Below are positions 20,401 through 28,189 of a DNA stretch of 44,560 bases, piece after piece (position 1 is the stretch's first letter; each line of letters begins with the position of its first letter). This DNA is from Candidatus Lindowbacteria bacterium RIFCSPLOWO2_12_FULL_62_27 (GTDB lineage Bacteria; Lindowbacteria; 2-12-FULL-62-27). The position numbers were made by a program, and so were the translations under genes. A model generated the notes under the pieces. The model saw nothing but the letters and a program-made list of their open reading frames with translations. It was not told the origin of the DNA and searched no databases. The DNA is taken from contig MFPR01000001.1 of NCBI GenBank assembly GCA_001784175.1, positions 248,001 to 292,560 of the forward strand, given 5' to 3'.

Positions 20401-20872
20401 GGGGTTCCTGGAAGGTACACCCGTCCGGGCAGCTCATGACCACCGAGCCGTCCGGCATCGGGGCGAGGCCTTCCGGCATCACCGCGTCCGCCGATTCGTA
20501 TGGAACCGCCAGCGCTCCCGCGTTGGGGTCATACGTGCAGTCCGGCGGGCATGTCATCACAGCCGCGCCGTCCGCGTTGTACATGCAGTCCATCGGGTAG
20601 GCATCCACCGGCGGCGGGGGCAGTGCGCCCTCCACCATGGTGGCGTCACCGGTCGCGGGAATAAACGTGTCCGCGCCGGCGGTCGCGCCGCTGTCGTACT
20701 GCGTCATGTCGTACGACGTCGACGTGTCGGCCGTCGATTCGGCATCGGCGGTCGTGTCGGTCGGCGCGTCCATCGGGATTGCCCCTCCGAGCGCACCGGG
20801 CGCTACAATCTCGTCCAGCTTCTCGACTCTGACTCCCTTCTTCTTACCTTTACCGGGATCCTTTGGAGCCAA
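17468..20872 (-). CDS. 1134-aa Pro/Cys/Met/acidic tandem-repeat protein with basic N-terminal leader, function unknown
   Basis: TTG start with GAGGAGGT RBS; about 40-aa repeats (CPxGTxYDPxxGxxTxPP...VxPDGxxT); own terminator. Confidence 0.85.
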   Translation of the reverse strand: MAPKDPGKGKKKGVRVEKLDEIVAPGALGGAIPMDAPTDTTADAESTADTSTSYDMTQYDSGATAGADTFIPATGDATMVEGALPPPPVDAYPMDCMYNADGAAVMTCPPDCTYDPNAGALAVPYESADAVMPEGLAPMPDGSVVMSCPDGCTFQEPPPPPPYLPPDVPPPPPVVTFPAGEAAMVLPPETTVTPTGDVVAPLPPDAVVAPAPPDAPYGGTVEYPPPPPADAGVPPPPPPPCMPDGCAPMPDGSVAVAMPEGTTFEANSGEFTLPPDGAYAVTPPDVQVMPTGDCMCSLPPGGEMNPDAGTVTLPPAEASMVCPDNVAVAPDGAVTCALPPTCEVNPEAGTVTMPPQDAIDTFAPAVDATVMPDGNIGVECPPGTVYDPNAGSLNYPPQDCPTVPPGVDIAPDGSCTLACPEGTTFDANSGEFTLPPEGSEMVCPDYATVNPDGSCTCEMPPETTYNPDAGQMTMPTDGAGGMFLPSPDMTYAPDGAINCVAPEGTQYDPAAGTVTIPPDATADYVPPYVDINANGSVTCECPPEATMNPPDGTITCPAPDCPPYMAEPAPGVVANPDGTMTMTCPEGTTMDPNAGTFMVPPEGAPAVMPEGCTVQPDGALTIQCTNIDPNAGTFAIPPTSEVQAAITGCETIPPGAPLPPPGDIAPVMQFDPNAGTCTMAYPTAGDAAWTVDPNAGTCTIPNEYTPMVMPPEVTVNPDGSCTCEVPPGCTYEANSGEFTMPPEGTAMICENTGTGELVPAGDVEGYAPPPPPPPLDMPPGEAPPPPPAYAIAVDVGTPADGVQMAPLPPMPPLEPGAEPPPPPPPMCVMPPETFGETYATVPMSFDPNAGTCTCTMPPGTEFPPPPDVPPGAPPPPPMVVLPPAEAGAVLPPNITVSPVDGTVTCAMPEGTTFDANSNTFTIPQEYSAMVMPDGASCNPDGSVTVTPPPGATYDPATGTCVIPPDQTYQVLPPNVAVGPDGAVTFVAPPGTEFGEGSMTVPNEYQSAVLPPDVQANPDGTVAWTCPPGSEVDATSGTVTIPNESQYAVMPPGMEVAPPPPPDAPPPPPGSPEPPPPGSVMIDCPPGTTYDPATSQCTIPPEGTNTFVAGCEPDGCGYVAPLAPPPPYPIPMEAV

Positions 20873-21058
20873 TCTTCCACCTCCTCAAATGTGATTGTTG
20901 AAGGACATCGAAACCTCGATCGTCCCCTCCCAATCCCCCTTGTTGCCACTCGTATTTTTATCCGCAGTCACGCGGAATATCAATGAATTCGTTGTCAATA
21001 TTGGCACTTCCGGAAAGTAGAGTCTGACACAGAATGCGTGTGTCCAAAGACACAGGCA

Positions 21059-21080
21059 AAATGTGAATAAATTCACTTTT
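21059..21080. promoter_or_regulatory. CRP/FNR-type operator
   Basis: AAATGTGA-ATAAAT-TCACTTTT versus the CRP consensus AAATGTGA-N6-TCACATTT; a Crp/Fnr gene lies in the adjacent operon. Confidence 0.65.
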
Positions 21081-21186
21081 GATTATCCACACATTGTGGA
21101 TTCTGTTGCAACACAAATGTTATCAATTGGTTACAAATCAAGCACGCGCGCCCCGCAACGCCGCCCAGGACACTTGTTGTTTTGTC

Positions 21187-21215
21187 TTGACACATCCCCT
21201 TTAAAATTGGATTAT
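21187..21215 (+). promoter_or_regulatory. Putative sigma70 promoter, possibly giving a leaderless mRNA
   Basis: TTGACA-17 nt-GATTAT ending 8 nt before ATG 21224; no clear Shine-Dalgarno. Confidence 0.45.
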
Positions 21216-21223
21216 ATAGGGTC

Positions 21224-23383
21224 ATGCCCGAAGCAGCCCAGAAACGGCTTGGACCCAAACTTCGAGACGACCTGATCCTGGTCGAGAAGATTCGCCAAGG
21301 CAAGCGGCTCCTTGTCATCAAGGACCCGCTGAAAGTTCAGTACTACCAGTTCGGCGAGCTGGAGATCACGCTCTTTCGCCTGCTGGACGGAAAGACGCCC
21401 CCGCCGAAGATCGTCGAGGAATTCAACAAGACGCACCCGGACGCCGAGATGGCGATGGACGAATTGAAGGAATTTCTCGGGGAGATCGAGAAGATGCACC
21501 TTCTGGAAAAATCGGCCGCCGAACGCAACGCCCTCCTGATTGAACGCCTCAAAGAAGAACGCAAGAACAAATTGATGAGCAAAAAGGGATCGATCCTCTT
21601 CAAGCGCTTCCCCCTGGTCGACCCGAACGACTTTTTCGACCGGATCCATCCGTACATCGCGTGGCTGTGGAGCGTGCCGAGCGTGATTTTCCAGTGTCTG
21701 GTGATTGTGGCGGCGGGGGTGGCCCTGGCGTACAACTGGGACCGGTTCATCGACGGCATCGAGGCGGTGTTTTCGTTCGGCGAGCAGACAGCGTCCAGCT
21801 TTCTGTGGCTGTGGCTGACGATCATCTGCATCATCATTTTTCACGAGCTGGGGCACGGCCTGACGTGCAAGCATTACGGGGGCGAGGTGCATGAGATGGG
21901 GTTTCTCCTGCTGTTTTTCCAGCCGTGTTTTTACGCGAACGTGACGGACGCCTACATGTTTTCGAACAAGAACCACAAGATGTACGTGACGTTCGCGGGC
22001 ATCATCGCGGAATTTTTCGCCGGCGCCATCTTCTGCTTCCTGTGGCTCCTGACCGATCCCTCGACGGGCTTCAACGCCATCTGCTACCAGGCGATGACGG
22101 TCTGCAGCGTCTCGTCGGTCGTGTTCAACCTCAATCCCCTTCTCAAGTACGACGGTTACTACGCCTTTTCCGAATGGGTGGACCTGCCGAACCTCAAGCA
22201 GAACTCGGGGGACGTGCTGGAGAAGTGGCTGCAGAGGATCTACAAGCGGAAGGAGGACATCGAAGAGGACGAATTGACGATGCGGGAGCGGCGGATTTAC
22301 ATCTGGTACGCGATCATCTCCAACCTTTTCATGATCTCGATGCTGACGGGGCTTTTTTTCATGATCAAGGACATCTTCTTCGAGGCGGCGCCGGAACTCG
22401 GGTGCCTCGCGTTTCTCTTTGTCGTCGGGAAACTCCTGAACAGCCAGATTTCCGCGACCGTGAAATTTGTCAAGGATTTCTACCAGTACGAAAGCGCGGC
22501 CTTCGGCGCGATCAAAACGCGGTTCGTGGCGCTGGCCCTCGTCGCGTTTCTGGTGGGGCTCTGTTTTACGGTGCCGTATCCGATCGTGGTGGAGAAACAG
22601 GTGACGATCGAGGCGAGGGACCGGTGGGTGGTGCGCGCGCCGGTGGAGGGATTTCTGGAGGAGATGTACGTGAAGAGCGGAGACGAGGTGAAAAGCGAGC
22701 AGCCCCTGTTTCTGATCGCGAATCCCGAAAAGAGCCGCAAACTGGCGGACCTCGCGGCCGAGGGGCCGAAATACCAGATGCAGCGCGACCAGGCGCTCGC
22801 CACGGACGAAGTCGGCAAGCTGGCCGACATTCAGCTTCGCGAATCCCAGACGGCGGCCGAGCGCAGGGCGATTTTGCGGGACCTTGAAAAAATGAAGACC
22901 TACGCGCCGGCCACCGGCCTCTTGCTGACGACCGGCGTGGAGGAGCTGAAAGGCAAGTACTACAAGGCCGGCGACAAGATTCTGGAAATCGTGTGTCTCC
23001 GCAATCTCTATTCGGTGGTGGAACTCGAAGAGCGCGAGGCGGGGGAGGTGCGGGACCAGAAATCGGCGGCGCGGATGGGCGGCGGGGTGGAGCCGACGAC
23101 GGCGCGAGTGAAAGTGAACGCGATGCCGGGCCGGCTGTTTGAGGCGCGGGTGGGCGAGGTCGATTCGTTTGCGGACACCGGCGGCGTCACGCGGAAGTTC
23201 CGCGCCAAGATCGTCATCCCCAACCCCGACTTCGACTACGGCGTCAACATCCTCGCCTCCGGCCAGATGCTGCGGCCCGGCATGACCGGCATGGCCAAGC
23301 TCGACATCGCGACCGCCACACCCGCCGGCGCCATCGGCCGGTGGCTTGCGGGATTTTTCAGAATGGATTTGTTCATGTACTGA
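21224..23383 (+). CDS. PqqD/RRE-like + site-2 protease (M50) + membrane-fusion-protein fusion
   Basis: N-terminal VIKDP..QYYQF...LLDG...L..F...LLE; FHELGHG (HExxH); NLNPLLKYDGY (NPxxxxDG); several TMs; VRAPVEG lipoyl-like segment and LRPGMTG. Confidence 0.9.
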   Translation: MPEAAQKRLGPKLRDDLILVEKIRQGKRLLVIKDPLKVQYYQFGELEITLFRLLDGKTPPPKIVEEFNKTHPDAEMAMDELKEFLGEIEKMHLLEKSAAERNALLIERLKEERKNKLMSKKGSILFKRFPLVDPNDFFDRIHPYIAWLWSVPSVIFQCLVIVAAGVALAYNWDRFIDGIEAVFSFGEQTASSFLWLWLTIICIIIFHELGHGLTCKHYGGEVHEMGFLLLFFQPCFYANVTDAYMFSNKNHKMYVTFAGIIAEFFAGAIFCFLWLLTDPSTGFNAICYQAMTVCSVSSVVFNLNPLLKYDGYYAFSEWVDLPNLKQNSGDVLEKWLQRIYKRKEDIEEDELTMRERRIYIWYAIISNLFMISMLTGLFFMIKDIFFEAAPELGCLAFLFVVGKLLNSQISATVKFVKDFYQYESAAFGAIKTRFVALALVAFLVGLCFTVPYPIVVEKQVTIEARDRWVVRAPVEGFLEEMYVKSGDEVKSEQPLFLIANPEKSRKLADLAAEGPKYQMQRDQALATDEVGKLADIQLRESQTAAERRAILRDLEKMKTYAPATGLLLTTGVEELKGKYYKAGDKILEIVCLRNLYSVVELEEREAGEVRDQKSAARMGGGVEPTTARVKVNAMPGRLFEARVGEVDSFADTGGVTRKFRAKIVIPNPDFDYGVNILASGQMLRPGMTGMAKLDIATATPAGAIGRWLAGFFRMDLFMY

Positions 23384-23384
23384 G

Positions 23385-24116
23385 ATGCCGCCCCAGAAAA
23401 TCGCGCACCGGTTCGGCCAGAGAAAAACGATGGCGGCCCCGGTTTCCTCCTTTGCGCTCCTCTCCCAGCACCCCATCTTCTCCAAGATCCCGGAAGGGGT
23501 CCGCCGGGAGCTGGTGGCCAGCGGGAGCCTCGTGCGTATACCGCAGTATTCGCTGCTGTTTCACCAGGGCGATGAGGTCACGGCCGCCTATCTCGTCATG
23601 GAGGGCCTCGTCAAAATTTACAGGAACATGGGCGAAGCCGACCGCACACTCGGATTTATCTACAAGTCGGGCATGGTCGGCTTGGACGCGCTCCACGCCA
23701 CGGACGGCCATCCCTACAGCGCCCAGGCGCTGGGCTCGGTCGTCGTCTGCGCCTTTCCCAAGGAGGCGATCCAGTCGATTCTGGCGCGCACGCCCGAGTT
23801 GGGGCCGCTGCTTCTGGCTGAAGTCACGCGCCAGTGGGAGGAGGCGCTGCACGAGCAGGACATCCTGACGCGCCGGAGCACGAACGGCCGGATCGCCGAC
23901 AAGATTTTGCGGCTGGCCGAAAAGTTCGGCCGGGTCGAGGCCGCGGGGACGGTGCTCCTGCTGAAGATCACCCAGCGCGAGCTGGCCTCCATGGCCGGCA
24001 CCAACCGCGAATCGGTCTGCAAGGCGCTCGTGACCTTCAAGCGGGAGGGCTCGATCGACATTCAGAACAAGCTGATCGTGGTCAAGAACAAAACCAAACT
24101 CGCCGCTTGGCCATAA
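23385..24116 (+). CDS. Crp/Fnr family transcriptional regulator
   Basis: LFHQGD, YLVMEGLVKI effector domain; HTH ITQRELASMAGTNRESVCKAL; alternative start ATG 23430. Confidence 0.92.
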   Translation: MPPQKIAHRFGQRKTMAAPVSSFALLSQHPIFSKIPEGVRRELVASGSLVRIPQYSLLFHQGDEVTAAYLVMEGLVKIYRNMGEADRTLGFIYKSGMVGLDALHATDGHPYSAQALGSVVVCAFPKEAIQSILARTPELGPLLLAEVTRQWEEALHEQDILTRRSTNGRIADKILRLAEKFGRVEAAGTVLLLKITQRELASMAGTNRESVCKALVTFKREGSIDIQNKLIVVKNKTKLAAWP

Positions 24117-24141
24117 GCCCGATTCTGCCGATATTATTCAT

Positions 24142-25782
24142 ATGCGGACTGCCTTTTTTCGGACAGCCTGTTTCCTGATCTGTCTGATAACTATTCACCT
24201 CCTCTCCCCCCGCAGGGGGGAGAGGACGAGCGAAGCTCGGGTGAGGGGGGTTGATTGGCGCCGAGCTAAACCGGCCACCCTCACCCCAACCCTCTCCCGC
24301 CTATGGCGGGAGAGGGGAGGGTTCCAAACGCCTCCCGCCCACGCCGAGGGGACGAGGAGACTCTCCATCACCGACGCGCTGAAGCTGGCGCAGGAGCGGA
24401 ACCCCACGTTTTCAAAGGCCAGCCTAACCTACGAATCGTCGCGGCTGACGTACCTCAAGACCCTCCACGGGCTGGGCTGGGTCGAGTCGTTCACGGCGTC
24501 CAGCGACTACAAGCGGGACGAGTCGTTCAGCTATTCGAAATATTTCAACACGACCGGCGAACGCGTCAGCGCGACCCGGAGCCGGACCCTGAGCAACACG
24601 ACGTCCTGGAACCTCAAACGCACGTTCGGGTCGGGCATGGCCACCGACTTTTATTCCAAGCTCACGACCAGCGACGGATCCAGCCGGTACAACGCGTTCA
24701 AGGGCGCGCTCGCGGACGACGCCAGCAGCAGATACAAATACATCACGCAGAAGTTCAATCCCGAAGTCGGCGTGAATCTCACGCTGCCGATCATCGGCAA
24801 GGACAAAAACAGCACCGACTACAGCCGGAAACAGGCGGACGCCTCGTGGGCGCAGGCCGAGATCGATTTTGAGGAGGCCAAAAAAAGCCTCGTGCTGTCC
24901 GTCCGGCAGGGATACTTTGATCTCCTCAAGTACCGGCGGATGGCCGCGCTTCGGAAAGAGGTGCTGGCCGAGGCCGAGGAACGGCTGGAGGTGACCAAGA
25001 AGCGGCTGAGTGTCGGGATGACGACCGAGATGGACGTGTCGCAGGCGGAGCTGACGGTTCTGAGAAACAGGGCGGACCTCGCCGACGCCGTTTTTTCGGA
25101 ACAGCAGGCCCAGAGCCGTTTCAACAGCCTGATCGGCCTGCCGCTGGACGACTACTACGACCTGACCGACGGATTTCCCCCGGAGCCGGTCCGCGAAGTG
25201 ACGATGAAGATGGTGCAAAGCCGTGTGATTTCCGCGAGCGGGGATTTGCGGCGGATGAACAAGGACATCGAAGTTTCGACGATCTCCGTCGAGCAGGCCA
25301 AGTCGAAGATGCGGCCGGCCTTCGCGTTCAAATCGAATCTTGCGCTCGAGGGCGAGCGGCGGGACCTGCCGAGGGTCCTGCGCAATCCCGAGGAGAAATA
25401 TTCCTTCACGCTGACCTACGATTTTCCGTTCGGCGAAAAGGTGACGCAGAAGGCGGACTTGGAGCTGGCTGAGGCGGGCCTGAGCACGAAGGTCCTGGAG
25501 CGGGACGAACTGAATCAGAGCCTGATCCTCGACGCGACCGAGACGTACCAGGAGCTGTTGAAGGTCCAGCGGCGCCTGGCGATCGCGCGGCAGTCGCGGG
25601 AGGTGTCGGAACGGAGTCTTCGGATCGCGCAGGCGAAGTTTGACGAGGGCCGGGGCGAGATCACCGACGTCATCTCCGCCAAAACGTCCCTCGTGAACGC
25701 GCAAGTCGAAGAGCTGAACAACCTCTACAGTCTGGCCGTGGCGACGGCCGAACTCGAGATGCTCACCGGAGAGTCGATCTAG
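24142..25782 (+). CDS. TolC-family outer membrane channel
   Basis: LSITDALKLAQERNP, VRQGYFDL, RLSVGM, KFDEGR OEP motifs; signal peptide split by a repeat. Confidence 0.88.
   Translation: MRTAFFRTACFLICLITIHLLSPRRGERTSEARVRGVDWRRAKPATLTPTLSRLWRERGGFQTPPAHAEGTRRLSITDALKLAQERNPTFSKASLTYESSRLTYLKTLHGLGWVESFTASSDYKRDESFSYSKYFNTTGERVSATRSRTLSNTTSWNLKRTFGSGMATDFYSKLTTSDGSSRYNAFKGALADDASSRYKYITQKFNPEVGVNLTLPIIGKDKNSTDYSRKQADASWAQAEIDFEEAKKSLVLSVRQGYFDLLKYRRMAALRKEVLAEAEERLEVTKKRLSVGMTTEMDVSQAELTVLRNRADLADAVFSEQQAQSRFNSLIGLPLDDYYDLTDGFPPEPVREVTMKMVQSRVISASGDLRRMNKDIEVSTISVEQAKSKMRPAFAFKSNLALEGERRDLPRVLRNPEEKYSFTLTYDFPFGEKVTQKADLELAEAGLSTKVLERDELNQSLILDATETYQELLKVQRRLAIARQSREVSERSLRIAQAKFDEGRGEITDVISAKTSLVNAQVEELNNLYSLAVATAELEMLTGESI
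24192..24317 (+). repeat. REP-like palindromic doublet, in frame inside the TolC signal peptide
   Basis: Near-identical to 13172..13289 but 9 nt longer, carrying a CGAGCGAAGCTCG mini-hairpin. Confidence 0.95.
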
Positions 25783-25783
25783 G

Positions 25784-28189
25784 ATGGCGGCCGACACGCA
25801 GACGGCGAACCTAGATGAGCTGCAGGCCAAGCTCGAGCGGCTGACGCTCCTTTACGAAATCAACCGCGATTTCCACTCCACGCAGGACCTCGCGGAACTC
25901 ATGCCGAAAGTCTTCGAGGACGTCCTCAAGGCGATGAACTGCGAGGGCGGGTCGCTGTGGATGTGGGATGACGATGCGAAGATGATCACCTGCGAAAACG
26001 CGTTCGGGCCGGGCAGCGAAAACGTCAAGGGCTTGAAGCTTCCGAAGGGCACCGGGATTGTGGGCTGGGTGATCAACATGAAGAAGCCGACGATCGTGAA
26101 GGACGCGACGGCCGACAAGCGATTTGCGGGCACGACGGACCAGAAGACGGGCTTTGTCACGAAATCGATGATCTGCGTGCCGCTCCTGACGCAGGCCGGG
26201 GTCCTGGGCGCGATCCAGGTCCTCAACAAGAAGGGCGACACCGGCCAGTTCAACGACGAGGACCTCGAGCTTTGCAAGGTCATGGCCGAAAACGCGGCCG
26301 GCGCCATCGTCAACGCGCGGGCCTACGAGTCGGAAAAGACGGCGCGGGAGCGCATCCAGGTGTTCAACGAGTTCAACAAGGCCCAGAGCACCACGCTCGA
26401 TTTGGACAAGCTGCTCGACATCATCCTCAAGCGCGTCGTCACCATCCTCGACGCCGTCGCCGGCAGCATCTGGCTCCGGCAGGGCGGAGACCTCCTCGCC
26501 AAGGTCGCGGTCGGGCCGACCGCCGGGAAGCTGGTCGGCGCCAAAGTTGGGGTCGGCACGGGGATCGTCGGGAGCGTCGTCCAGAAAAAAGCGCCGGTGA
26601 TCGTGGAAGACACCTCGAAATCGGAATTGTTTTCCGGCAAGGTCGACGATGCCACCGGATTCAAGACCAAGTCCCTCATTACCGTGCCCCTCATCCACCA
26701 GGACGAGGCGATCGGCGCCATCCAGATCATCAACAAGAAAAAGGACGACGACTGGTTCACCAAGGACGACATGGACCTTCTGTCGAGTCTCGCGGGCCTG
26801 TCGACCAGCGCCATCAAGAACGCGACGCTGTACGAGGTCGAGCGCAAGGCGAAGGACCTGTCGATTTTGCTGGACATCTCGAAAGAGGTCTCGTCGAACC
26901 TCGACATGGACAGCGTCCTTGTGACGGTCGTGAACCTCACCAACCAGGTGGTGCCCTACGAGCGGGCGGCGATGTTCGTGAAGAACGAAAACAAATACGA
27001 TTTGCGCGCGGTGTCGGGCGCCGCCAAGATCGACAAGGCCGACCCGGCGATCATGGCGCTCGACAACGCGGCCGACGCGATCGACAAGGACCTGTACATC
27101 GCCGACGCGGAGAAGTATCTGGCGGAGGGCGGGGGGATTGCGGCGGTCAAGGACTATCTGAAACAGGCCGGCATCGCGTCGTTTTACGCGCGGGTCCTGG
27201 CCGACGACCAGGGACCGCTGGGCATGATGACGATGGAGAGCAAGAACAAGGATTTCGTCCAGCCAGCGCAGATGGAGATGCTGACGATCCTGGCCAACCA
27301 GATCACCGTGTCGATCCGCAACGCCGAGCTGTACAAATCGGTCCCGATGTTTTCGGGCTTTGGCAAGGGCGCGACCCTCAAGAAGGTGCTGGTGGGCGGC
27401 GCGATCGCGCTGGGGGTTCTGGCGGGGCTCGGGGCGCTTTTGTGGTTTCCGAAAGTCGAGCACCGGCTCGGCGGGCAGGTCGACATCGAGCCGATCGTGC
27501 GCAACAAAATTTACGCGAAGGAAAGCGGGATTCTTGACAAGGTCCACTTCCGGGAGGGCGACACCATCAAGGTCGGAGACCTTTTTGCCGAACTTTCCCA
27601 ACAGGACATGGAGCAGGAGAAACTGAAGATCCAGACGAAACGCGAGATCGCCCGCCAGTCGTATCTGCGGTCGGTGGGCCTGTCGAACATGGCGGAGGCA
27701 CGGATGAAGGAGGCCGAGATCGCGCAGGCCGACCGCGAGATGTCGAACCTGTCGAACAAGATGGAGAACACGCGGATCATCTCGCCGCACGAGGGCCAGG
27801 TCCTGACGGCCGACCTGCCGCAGAAGGTCGGGGAAAACATCAGCCGGGGCGCGGTCGTCGGCGATGTCGTCGATCTGTCGAAACTTCAGGTCAAGTTCGG
27901 CGTGCCGCAGGAGCAGATCCGGTACGTCGCGGCGGGGCAGGAGATCCGGTTCAAGGTCTCCTCCTACCCGACGCGGACCTACACGGTCAAGATCGAGCGC
28001 ATCGGCATGGAAGGCTCGACCCAGGAGGACAAGACGATCTACAACGTCTACGCGACCATTGAGAACGCCGACCGGACGCTCAAGGCGGGCATGTCGGGCC
28101 GCGGGAAGATTCTGGCGGGCAAACAGCGCCCGTTCCAACTCCTGATGGAGGAACCGGTCCATTGGATGCGGATGAACTGGCAGTGGTGA
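25784..28189 (+). CDS. Triple-GAF-domain membrane fusion protein (HlyD-like)
   Basis: GAF repeats (GIVGWV...TKSMICVPL...IQVLNK..F..ED), TM VLVGGAIALGVLAGLGALLWF, then MFP (IISPHEG, LKAGMSG). Confidence 0.88.
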   Translation: MAADTQTANLDELQAKLERLTLLYEINRDFHSTQDLAELMPKVFEDVLKAMNCEGGSLWMWDDDAKMITCENAFGPGSENVKGLKLPKGTGIVGWVINMKKPTIVKDATADKRFAGTTDQKTGFVTKSMICVPLLTQAGVLGAIQVLNKKGDTGQFNDEDLELCKVMAENAAGAIVNARAYESEKTARERIQVFNEFNKAQSTTLDLDKLLDIILKRVVTILDAVAGSIWLRQGGDLLAKVAVGPTAGKLVGAKVGVGTGIVGSVVQKKAPVIVEDTSKSELFSGKVDDATGFKTKSLITVPLIHQDEAIGAIQIINKKKDDDWFTKDDMDLLSSLAGLSTSAIKNATLYEVERKAKDLSILLDISKEVSSNLDMDSVLVTVVNLTNQVVPYERAAMFVKNENKYDLRAVSGAAKIDKADPAIMALDNAADAIDKDLYIADAEKYLAEGGGIAAVKDYLKQAGIASFYARVLADDQGPLGMMTMESKNKDFVQPAQMEMLTILANQITVSIRNAELYKSVPMFSGFGKGATLKKVLVGGAIALGVLAGLGALLWFPKVEHRLGGQVDIEPIVRNKIYAKESGILDKVHFREGDTIKVGDLFAELSQQDMEQEKLKIQTKREIARQSYLRSVGLSNMAEARMKEAEIAQADREMSNLSNKMENTRIISPHEGQVLTADLPQKVGENISRGAVVGDVVDLSKLQVKFGVPQEQIRYVAAGQEIRFKVSSYPTRTYTVKIERIGMEGSTQEDKTIYNVYATIENADRTLKAGMSGRGKILAGKQRPFQLLMEEPVHWMRMNWQW

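Noticed and set aside
17613-20600. Gly-rich plus-strand ORFs
   Set aside because: Antisense reading of Pro codons; the RBS and terminator support the minus strand
17468-20872. Classical RiPP precursor
   Set aside because: No modifying enzymes (radical SAM, YcaO, ATP-grasp, LanM) in the window; the size and repeat pattern fit a folded structural protein better
20880-21223. Chromosomal origin of replication
   Set aside because: Only two good DnaA boxes and no dnaA, dnaN or gid neighbours; kept only as a low-interest finding
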